The notes under the pieces: generated by a model | The model's input: only the letters and a program-made list of their open reading frames with translations | What the model was told of the DNA's origin: nothing | The model's database searches: none | Shown: piece by piece, positions 29,370 to 37,360 of the stretch | How the letters are laid out: each line of letters opens with the position of its first letter | How positions within the stretch are numbered: the stretch's first letter is position 1 | Translations under genes and position numbers: made by a program | Assembly (NCBI GenBank): GCA_041740355.1 | Contig: JBGSMD010000046.1 | Location: forward strand, 19,950-83,949 | Length of the DNA: 64,000 nt | Direction of reading: 5' to 3' | Source of the DNA: Bdellovibrionota bacterium | GTDB taxonomy: Bacteria; Bdellovibrionota_C; UBA2361; CALJRW01

Positions 29370-31025
29370 ATGTCCTATCTGGTAATTGCTCGTAAGTATC
29401 GCCCAGAAACATTCTCTGAAGTTAGTGGCCAAATTCATGTTACCAGAACACTTGGCAATGCCATTAGCCGCAATAAAGTTGCGCATGCCTATCTTTTTTG
29501 TGGACCAAGAGGAGTTGGAAAAACTTCTATCGCTCGAATTTTTGCTAAATCCTTAAACTGTGAACAAGGACCAACTTCCACACCATGTCTAAAATGTAGT
29601 AATTGTTTAGAGATTAAAGCAGGCAAGAGTTTAGCAGTTAGAGAAATCGACGGAGCCTCTCATAACAGCGTTGATGATGTTCGCGATTTAATTGATAACT
29701 TTCGTACTCTCCCTCCCCCCAATTCTAAAAATAAAATTTACATCATCGACGAAGTACACATGCTAAGTACTGCCGCATTTAATGCTTTACTCAAAAGCTT
29801 AGAAGAGCCACCACCAAACACAATTTTTATTTTAGCAACTACTGAGGCGCATAAGATTCTACCTACAGTACTTTCACGTTGTCAGCGTTTTGACTTAAGA
29901 GCTCTACCAATTGATGAAGTACAGTCTTGCTTACAAGCTATTTGCCGTGAAGAGAAAGTAAAAATTTCCGGCGAATCTCTGCGGATGATTGCTCGACTTT
30001 CAGATGGCTCGCTGCGTGATGCACAATCGCTGTTGGAAAGAGTTCTAGCTTTTTCCAGTGAAGACGTGTCCTTAGATGATACTGCTTTAGCTCTTGGGAC
30101 AGTAGGCAAAAATCAACTCTTGCTTCTTTCTCAAGCAATCTTTAATCGTGATGTTGAAGCAGCGCTTGAAAAATTATCAGAAGTTTTTGCTACAGGCTTA
30201 GACTCTAGCTTATTTCTTAAGGAGTTTGTTACTCACTGGCACGAACTTTTAATTGCAAAATTTGCAGGCAAAAAAGAACTGATGGCTTTGGGGATAGAAG
30301 AAGATTGCCAAAGCGAATTACTAAGACAGGTAGAACCAGTAGCCAAAAGCGATCTACAAGATTTGGTTGATTTAGCTAGAAGGGGCGCGGACCAAGCACT
30401 ACGAAGTTCTTACTTGAAATTTTCCTTAGAAAGCTTAATCGTTCGTTTAGCAACACGCATACCAGTATTAGATTTTGCTGAAGTTCTAAACAACCTGAGC
30501 GGCGGTGAGGCTCAAAAAAAAAAGCCTCTAGTATTAGCAGAAGTTAAGACTACTCCAATTTCGAAAACACCGATCCGAGTTGCTACTCCAATAAAGCCAA
30601 CTGCGCCCATTACATCTGCAGCAGTTGCTAGTAAGTCTGGTACTGAATTTGTTTGGAGAGATTTTCTTGACTATGTGAATAAGATTGCTCAGCCCGTAAT
30701 GATGGAGAGCTTAAAAAGAATTTCCGTAGATCGTTTTGTATACCCGCAGCTTCAAGCAAGTGCTAATGACCTCAGCTTAAAGTATTTTAACATTCCCACC
30801 AATTTAGCTCGGCTTAAAGTAATCCTTAAGGATTTTACTAAGCTTGATGAATGGCAAATTAAACTTAGCTTAGCTGAACAAGCAAACTACATTCCAGGAA
30901 GTGTTCATCATCAAGAAGCCAAAAGTCGCTTTAAGGATAAGCAAAATAGAATCGCGGAAATTCTTGAAGATCCCAATGTTAAAGCAATGAAGGAATTATT
31001 TCCGGGTAGCGAAATTGATCGTTAG
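29370..31025 (+). CDS. dnaX: DNA polymerase III subunit gamma/tau
   Basis: Walker A CGPRGVGKTSIARIFAKSLNC, a Zn-binding Cys cluster, and DEVHMLS. Confidence 0.95.
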   Translation: MSYLVIARKYRPETFSEVSGQIHVTRTLGNAISRNKVAHAYLFCGPRGVGKTSIARIFAKSLNCEQGPTSTPCLKCSNCLEIKAGKSLAVREIDGASHNSVDDVRDLIDNFRTLPPPNSKNKIYIIDEVHMLSTAAFNALLKSLEEPPPNTIFILATTEAHKILPTVLSRCQRFDLRALPIDEVQSCLQAICREEKVKISGESLRMIARLSDGSLRDAQSLLERVLAFSSEDVSLDDTALALGTVGKNQLLLLSQAIFNRDVEAALEKLSEVFATGLDSSLFLKEFVTHWHELLIAKFAGKKELMALGIEEDCQSELLRQVEPVAKSDLQDLVDLARRGADQALRSSYLKFSLESLIVRLATRIPVLDFAEVLNNLSGGEAQKKKPLVLAEVKTTPISKTPIRVATPIKPTAPITSAAVASKSGTEFVWRDFLDYVNKIAQPVMMESLKRISVDRFVYPQLQASANDLSLKYFNIPTNLARLKVILKDFTKLDEWQIKLSLAEQANYIPGSVHHQEAKSRFKDKQNRIAEILEDPNVKAMKELFPGSEIDR

Positions 31026-31160
31026 AATCGCTTCTTTTTTTCAATAAATTTACCCCTATCTGCACTAGCCAAATCGATCCTTCGGTGCTAAATTTGCATA
31101 CTGTAGTATGACAATTTTTCTTATGTCATATTTAAAAATTAATTTTTTTTGGTATTAGTT

Positions 31161-31508
31161 ATGAACAAAGGACGAGGCGGATTTCCAGGCGGTGGTGGTG
31201 GCGGAGTTGGTGATTTAATTAACCAAGCTAAGCAAATGCAAGCCAAATTAGAAAGTGCCCATGGTGAAGCACAACAATATTCGGAAGAAGGACAATCTGG
31301 TGGTGGAATGGTTAAGGTTGTAGCTAAAGGTGATAACAAGATTGTTAGCATTACAATTAATCCAGAAGTACTAGATCCTAATGACGTGGAAATGTTACAA
31401 GATATGATCTTGGCTGCAACAAACGATGCTTTAACAAAAGTTCAAGCAAAAGTTCAAAGTGTATTAACAAACATTACTGGCGGAATGAGTATCCCAGGAT
31501 TATTCTAA
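31161..31508 (+). CDS. ybaB: Nucleoid-associated protein YbaB/EbfC
   Basis: MNKGRGGFPGGGGG...LINQAKQMQAKLE...VVAKGDNKIVSITINPEVLDP...MLQDMILAA. Confidence 0.9.
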   Translation: MNKGRGGFPGGGGGGVGDLINQAKQMQAKLESAHGEAQQYSEEGQSGGGMVKVVAKGDNKIVSITINPEVLDPNDVEMLQDMILAATNDALTKVQAKVQSVLTNITGGMSIPGLF

Positions 31509-31699
31509 ATCCGATAGTGCTTAACGACTTAAATTGGGATAGTAAGTTTAATCTTCTATCAGGATTCGCAATCTGTCAGACCTTTGGTCTGGCTGAAAGT
31601 TTTTAAGGTTAAGCACTATATGTTATTGGCCTCGCCTTCGCTCGGCATAGAGTGCCTAAAGAAAGATTTTAATTTATATCGTTTGTTGCGATAGGCACT

Positions 31700-32296
31700 A
31701 TGCAGTATCTCCCTAAGTCATTACAACGTTTAATTTCTGAATTGAACAAACTACCAAGCGTCGGCGGAAAATCCGCCGCTCGCTTGGCTTATCACCTAAT
31801 TAATCATCCCCAAAACGCCGATGCTTTAGCTGCTGCCATGCGCGATGCCGCTGGGTCACTGCAACAATGTAAGCAATGTTATTTTATTACGGATGATCAG
31901 CTTTGCCTGATTTGCAAAAGCACTAATCGCGATCATTCCCTAGTATGTATTGTGGAAAAACCAGCTGATTTAATTGCTATTGAGCAAGCTGGTGTTTTTC
32001 GCGGATTTTATCACGTCCTCCATCAACTTTGGTCTCCGATACGCGGACAAGGATTAGATTCCATGCACCTTGCCGAACTAATTGAACGCAGTAAAAAAGA
32101 AGAAGTTACAGAAGTAATTATTGCCACAGGAGCAACTGTCGAAGGAGAAGCAACAGCTCTTTATCTTGCTAGATTATTAAATGATAGCGGCATCAGAGCA
32201 ACGCGATTAGCTCAAGGCCTACCGAAGGGTGGAGATTTAGAATATCTTGATGATGTCACTCTTTCTCGTGCGCTTTCTGGGCGTACAATAATATAG
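31700..32296 (+). CDS. recR: Recombination protein RecR
   Basis: The HhH N-terminus (LISELNKLPSVGGKSAARLAYHLI), the C4 zinc finger CKQCYFITDDQLCLIC and a Toprim domain are present. Confidence 0.95.
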   Translation: MQYLPKSLQRLISELNKLPSVGGKSAARLAYHLINHPQNADALAAAMRDAAGSLQQCKQCYFITDDQLCLICKSTNRDHSLVCIVEKPADLIAIEQAGVFRGFYHVLHQLWSPIRGQGLDSMHLAELIERSKKEEVTEVIIATGATVEGEATALYLARLLNDSGIRATRLAQGLPKGGDLEYLDDVTLSRALSGRTII

Positions 32297-32379
32297 CCTC
32301 TACATAATTTTATTGTAGGAAATTTAATTTAAGTCACTTAAATTACAAATAAATCTATCTATATTGTGCCTGCACTCTC

Positions 32380-32407
32380 TTGACTTTAATTTATTTTAAG
32401 GTAAATT
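32380..32407 (+). promoter_or_regulatory. Candidate sigma70-type promoter for tRNA-Asn
   Basis: TTGACT - 16 nt - TAAATT, about 17 nt upstream of the mature tRNA 5' end. Confidence 0.4.
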
Positions 32408-32423
32408 TTCAGTCCACAACTAT

Positions 32424-32496
32424 TCCCCGGTAGCTCAGTTGGTAGAGCAGTTGACTGTTAATCAATTGGTCGTAGGTTCGAGTCCTTCCCGGGGAG
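32424..32496 (+). tRNA. tRNA-Asn (anticodon GTT)
   Basis: Acceptor stem TCCCCGG/CCGGGGA, discriminator G. D-arm GCTCAGTTGGTAGAGC. Anticodon stem-loop GTTGA-CTGTTAA-TCAAT. T-loop GGTTCGAGTCC. No encoded CCA. Confidence 0.85.
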
Positions 32497-32652
32497 TTTC
32501 CTTCTTTTCTAGTCAGAGACCTAATAATTTCACTATTATTTAAGATAAATTATAGGAAGATTTTATGATAATTTTCTTATAGCTTTTAAATACTGAATCT
32601 GTTGAATTCAAACCATTGCGTGGCAGAAAGAAGCCTGGCTCTAATTTAAAAA

Positions 32653-32778
32653 TTAATACCAAGAATTGGTAGTGTTAGTAAGGTTTAGTATCGCAGCATT
32701 TTTATAGAGTGCCCACGCTCCAAGAATTGTTCCAAATGGCAAGGAAAATATTATAATAATATTACAAATTTTTGCCAT
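32653..32778 (-). CDS. Candidate 41-aa small membrane protein (MAKICNIIIIFSLPFGTILGAWALYKNAAILNLTNTTNSWY)
   Basis: A strong SD (GGGAGG) lies 6 nt upstream of the ATG. There is one predicted TM helix. It is below the ORF-track size cut-off. Coordinates are good to within 1 nt. Confidence 0.4.
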   Translation of the reverse strand: MAKICNIIIIFSLPFGTILGAWALYKNAAILNLTNTTNSWY

Positions 32779-32914
32779 CTTGTGCCTCCCAACTTTCAAC
32801 TAGAGTTGCCCGGCACGAATTTCAAAATTTCTTATTTTACAAAACAGTATTATTCCATTTCCAAAGGTTTGGTTGAGCTTATAGAAGCGTGGCACAAGAG
32901 GAATAAGAAAATAA

Positions 32915-34048
32915 TTAAGTAGGTATGGCCGATGTCTTTGGGGTGAATGGCAGATCCCAAGTATAGGCCATTATAGCAAGAGCTTGATCCACTTTTCGAC
33001 TTGAGTAATCAGTGAGTATTTGACTTGCTGAGTGGCTTGCTCCGTTCAGGAGTGCGGTTAACTCTTTTGTACGTGCTGGAAATAGATCAAGTAGAGCAAC
33101 AATTTCCGAGATGTCTTTGGCGAGTTCCGGAAGTTGAGTTTTGCCATCGACACTAGCCATTGTCTTAAATTTTTCAGCTACGGAAAAAAGTCCAAAGTGT
33201 TGGACGTCTTTGCGGCTAACAAAATCTTTTGAAATTCCTAGTTCGTCCGTCATACTTACTAGCGCAGCATAAGTATTATGATGCTTGGTGTGATAAAATC
33301 TCTGACGATAATCATTCATCCGATTTCCGATGACGCCTAGGAGCTCTTCTTTGTTAAATGTTTGAGTTTCAAAGATCTTAGCGAGTTGTGTTGCTCCTTT
33401 GATTCCTTCTGTAAAAGTCTCCGAGAAAGCCTGAATATTAATGGCATTATCCATGCTGGATTTAACTGCGTAAAGTACGGAGCGCTGTAGTCCTGGATCT
33501 TTTAAGACATCTTTTTCTATCCCAAGTTCTTTGGAGACTTCTAACACATATCCAACGACATTCCTGGCACTCTCAGGATTCATTCTTTGAAGTGAATCAG
33601 TAAGACTCCCAGCAACAATTACAACAAGATCTTTTTTAGAATATTTTGTTAAACCAAATTGATTAGCCATCTGTAAAGCAGCTTCTTTCGCCCCAGCTTG
33701 AAGTTTTGGGTCGGTGTAATCTTGGTTACTATTGATAGATCCACGATTTTCAAAATAAGTATCTTTCGCTGCATTAATTGCAGCTCTAAATTTTAGTAAT
33801 GCTGCTTCTTGCACGCGCTTATCTTTTTGCAGATAGGCAGGAACTTCTCCAGGAATGTCGATGTCTTGAGCAATAGCTTTAGATAAGATAATTGGTTCGG
33901 AATCTTTTCCTAAAAATGCGGCACGAGGTGAGCCGACTTTCGGTAATTTAAATTCTAGTGTTGAAAGATCGGTTTTGGCCTGTGAAGTTTTTGGTTCTAA
34001 TATTGCAGATGACATACAGCTAGTTAAAGATACAACTATGACCTTCAT
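32915..34048 (-). CDS. Lipoprotein of unknown function
   Basis: MKVIVVSLTSCMSSA is a lipobox. The 377-aa protein has locally higher GC than its surroundings. Confidence 0.6.
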   Translation of the reverse strand: MKVIVVSLTSCMSSAILEPKTSQAKTDLSTLEFKLPKVGSPRAAFLGKDSEPIILSKAIAQDIDIPGEVPAYLQKDKRVQEAALLKFRAAINAAKDTYFENRGSINSNQDYTDPKLQAGAKEAALQMANQFGLTKYSKKDLVVIVAGSLTDSLQRMNPESARNVVGYVLEVSKELGIEKDVLKDPGLQRSVLYAVKSSMDNAINIQAFSETFTEGIKGATQLAKIFETQTFNKEELLGVIGNRMNDYRQRFYHTKHHNTYAALVSMTDELGISKDFVSRKDVQHFGLFSVAEKFKTMASVDGKTQLPELAKDISEIVALLDLFPARTKELTALLNGASHSASQILTDYSSRKVDQALAIMAYTWDLPFTPKTSAIPT

Positions 34049-34423
34049 CTGACGATTTTTAGATTATGACTCTAAGATTTTAAGGGTTTATGGTATTCCA
34101 ACCCTATTTTCTGGAGAGAAACATTAAGACATGCTTAAAACCCTTGATTGTTCATAAGGATAGCAATTTTGCAAAAATAACATTTAATAGATTGAGTAAG
34201 TTAAAATTTGCAAAATTGCTGGCCTCGTAAAAAAAGAGGTTTTAAGCAGGTCTCACATTAAATGATGCAAGTCATGGATACTCCAATTGTCTCCCAGTTA
34301 GTACCTAGTCGCATTTAGTTTAATTGGAGTTAGATAACTTAAATCAATTAAATTCCAGATAATACAGGGTTTAAATCTAAGATCTCTAGATAGCAACTCT
34401 AAGTAAAAACCTGAATTTTATAC

Positions 34424-34621
34424 TCACCGTTTTTCATTTTTGATAAAAAATGAAAAGAAAGGTGAGCGAGCAAAATCATGTCGCAGACAGGTTTTGCCGT
34501 AGAAAACACCGCTAAACCCTACGCAAATCAGCGGTGAGTATTGGTTTCGTCTTCTACGGCGTAACTTAGCTAACGCTAAGATTACGCTCGCCCTCCACAA
34601 ATTTCATTTGCGGAGGGTTTA
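34424..34621 (+). ncRNA. Copy 2 of the roughly 205-nt structured, terminator-ending element
   Basis: It is about 85% identical to 10957-11165, including a relic of the upstream gene's last codons (LYSPFFIFDKK*). It ends in ccctccacaaatttcatttgcggaggg + ttt, which abuts the stop of the convergent VIT gene. Confidence 0.55.
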
Positions 34622-35314
34622 TAATGTGGTTCCAATCAATCTTCCCACTCCAGCAGTGACCCCCATAGCAAGAGCTCCCCAAAACATAACTCGAAATGCC
34701 CCTCTTATCAGAGATGCCCCGCCAGCATATGAGGCTAACAAGCCTAGAATCAGCAGAGTAAAGAGAGTTGAGATCGTTGTAACAAAACTTACTGAATGAG
34801 CTGAAGCAGTTAGTGCTGCTAGAATTGGCACTACCCCTCCAATAGCAAAAGCAACCGCTGAAGCAAATGCGGCTTGAATTGGGCGGGCTCTGAGCTCCTC
34901 AGTTATACCCAGTTCGTCTCTTGTATGCGCAACTAGTGCGTCTACCGCTGTTAACTGTTGCGCAACTTGCAAGGCAAGAGCGCTATCAAGTCCGCGTTTT
35001 ACATAAATTTCAGTTAGCTCTTCAAGTTCCTTCTGAGGGTCTTCTGCTAATTCTTGTTTTTCTCTATTTAAATCTGCATTTTCCGTGTCTGCCTGGGATT
35101 GTACAGAAATATATTCTCCAGCCGCCATCGATAATGCCCCAGCCACGAGTCCTGCGATTCCGGTCAGAAGAATGTCACTTTGTAAGGCGCCAGCCGCGGC
35201 AACACCTACAACAAGACTAGAGATAGAGACTACACCATCATTAGCACCTAAAACAGACGCTCTAAGCCATCCAATTCTATGTGCCCGGTGGTATTCAATG
35301 TGTTGTGAACGCAT
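34619..35314 (-). CDS. VIT1/CCC1-family (MbfA-like) iron/manganese transporter
   Basis: WLRASVLGANDGVVSISSLVVGVAAAG...GALSMAAGEYISVQSQ...ELTEIYVKRGL carries the family signatures. It is GC-richer than the surrounding genes. Confidence 0.85.
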   Translation of the reverse strand: MRSQHIEYHRAHRIGWLRASVLGANDGVVSISSLVVGVAAAGALQSDILLTGIAGLVAGALSMAAGEYISVQSQADTENADLNREKQELAEDPQKELEELTEIYVKRGLDSALALQVAQQLTAVDALVAHTRDELGITEELRARPIQAAFASAVAFAIGGVVPILAALTASAHSVSFVTTISTLFTLLILGLLASYAGGASLIRGAFRVMFWGALAMGVTAGVGRLIGTTL

Positions 35315-35674
35315 AAATAATTATTCTTTGTTAACAAAGCTGGCAGAAAGCAAACTTCAGAGCGGGGGGCTTGTAGAGCATTACAGTCATATTTCCATTT
35401 TGACATTCCAGCCAGTCAACTTACTTCCAGCAACTGATTAATTCACAAATATTTTAGTTTATAATCAGCCGCCTAAGGAAATCTTATGATAATTTTAAAT
35501 TTAGTAACCTGCCTCTAGGTTTAATTATTTTAGGATATCCTAACCAGAAAACTTTGTAGATTGAGATTTAGCCTTGAATCGATTTAAGAGTAGCCGGCCT
35601 CTCTCCACCATTAACTTCTAAGTCCTTAAGTCAATGGAGGTAAGAGACAGACTACTTCCTTATTGAAAACTGGA

Positions 35675-36265
35675 TTAAAAAACATCAGTTGGCGTTTGTG
35701 TCATTGCCCAAGTTCCCCAAGCATAGAAGTTAACACCGTTTGTTTCGTTGTAACCATATAGCGCCCCACCGTAAATTGAGGATGTCGATATGATACTACC
35801 GCCATTATCAATAGCGTTATATAAAAAATACCTATCTACTAATTGATCGTCTAGATTATTTGCCACAGCTTGATAGATACACAAGACTCCTTCTGGTGCA
35901 GTTGGGTTACTGAATGACCCGGTGCAGGTAGTATCAGCAACTTCAGGAATTACAAAGATAACTGCAGTCGGGGCTGTTTGTAGCTTAACTGGAAAGGAGA
36001 TCTGTGCAGCAGCGTAATTTTCGGTGCTTCCACCTGATAGATTCCAAACACCAGTTTGAGTTACAGGAGCCTTATTTAAATCTGTTAAGGAAGAATAACC
36101 TATTGGACAACTTGAGCTTTCTATGGTGATGAGCTTTGGTATTTTTATATTTACCTTGCCATTAACTACACTAGCTTTTTTGGAATTTTTAAGGCAGATA
36201 ATTTCTGCTTGCAAATTACTGGTTAGAATAAATAATCCTAAAGTAAGCAGTACTAAATTTTTCAT
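35675..36265 (-). CDS. Secreted hypothetical protein
   Basis: The signal peptide is MKNLVLLTLGLFILTSNLQA. The 196-aa protein contains Cys and has no recognisable domain. Confidence 0.5.
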   Translation of the reverse strand: MKNLVLLTLGLFILTSNLQAEIICLKNSKKASVVNGKVNIKIPKLITIESSSCPIGYSSLTDLNKAPVTQTGVWNLSGGSTENYAAAQISFPVKLQTAPTAVIFVIPEVADTTCTGSFSNPTAPEGVLCIYQAVANNLDDQLVDRYFLYNAIDNGGSIISTSSIYGGALYGYNETNGVNFYAWGTWAMTQTPTDVF

Positions 36266-36634
36266 TTTTATTTCCTTGAGTAAAAGATTTAGAGTTGAGG
36301 CATATGTAGAGATTTTTTCAGGTTAGATGATAGAAATAGGAAAGTAAACAAGTATTTTGACTCAAGTCATGAGGCTAAGTACCTAGCAATATGACTTTGA
36401 TCGCAAGGTAATTTTCAAATTAATTATTCAAATAGAGCCAAGCTACTTTATTCTAGTAGCTGCTATTTAGTTGTTGTATATTCTTGGTTAAAGCTCCATG
36501 TTTCGAAGCTTGTCCGCTAGGGGGAGCTTCCTTTCCTTGCTAATCAGTTAACTAAATATGGTTGACTATAGATTTCTTAAAATATCCAAATCTAGTTCTA
36601 TAATCTTGAGGTGGTTAATTGTTAAGTGGAATTA

Positions 36635-37090
36635 TTATTCCTTTATGGACTGAAATCCTAATTTTCGTTTTTTAGTTTCTATCGGTTTTTCAAGCTGAGA
36701 AATCACAAATCTGATCTCCTGTAATTCCTCGTAATGTTCAGAGAATCCTTTGGAAACTCTTTGTTCAAGAACTTGAAGTCTTCGCTTCAAATCGGTGTGT
36801 TCCTGGGTAACTTCCTTTAATTTTATAAAAACTCGTACTAGCATAATACTAGCCTGAATTGCTACTTTACTATTTAGTACGTTTGCAGCCATAACAGCTC
36901 CATACTCAGTAAAGACTCTTGGGGGTTTACGTCTTCCCCCATGTACATAACTTGAAGTCGCAATTTGCGACTTCAAGTTTGTAACTTCTTGAATAGCCAG
37001 AGAAAACATAAAGTCAGAGGGGAATCTTTCCAAGTTTCTAATAACCTGTTCGTTAAGGCGTTTCGTGATGACACCATAAAGATCAGCCAA
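36635..37090 (-). CDS. ORF6N-domain protein (mobile-element-associated DNA-binding family), lacking a canonical start codon
   Basis: LYGVITKRLNEQVIRNLERFPSDFMFSLA...HGGRRKPPRVFTEYGAVMAANVLNS matches ORF6N. The conserved N-terminal residues (...RIIIVNGQRVILDSDLADLYGV) are encoded in-frame upstream (to about 37150), with no ATG/GTG/TTG before an in-frame stop. It is either a non-canonical start or a pseudogene. Confidence 0.6.
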   Translation of the reverse strand: MADLYGVITKRLNEQVIRNLERFPSDFMFSLAIQEVTNLKSQIATSSYVHGGRRKPPRVFTEYGAVMAANVLNSKVAIQASIMLVRVFIKLKEVTQEHTDLKRRLQVLEQRVSKGFSEHYEELQEIRFVISQLEKPIETKKRKLGFQSIKE

Positions 37091-37360
37091 GTCGCTATCT
37101 AAAATAACCCTTTGACCATTAACTATAATAATTCTTGTTTCAATTTCTTGTGAGATTATGCAGTGAAAATCGAGATAATTTGCGAAAAGTTTCTGAATAT
37201 TTTAGCGAACTCTTCGGTGCACTATTAATGGTTAGCTTAGATAAATGATATAGGTTTAAAAAGTTGCCTGGCTCCAGCTAAAAAAAAATGGCTGTGTGCT
37301 TGGCTCCAGTTAAAACTTAAAAACTTGAGTCAATGGCTGAGTGCCTGACTCTAGTTTTAA

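Noticed and set aside
29283-29486. 67-aa minus-strand ORF overlapping the dnaX start and the palindrome
   Set aside because: It spans a palindrome and the dnaX 5' end and has no support.
34608-35441. Three + strand ORFs (34608..34799, 34921..35220, 35085..35441) over the VIT gene
   Set aside because: They are antisense to a clearly conserved VIT/CCC1 transporter. GC-rich DNA yields long spurious frames.
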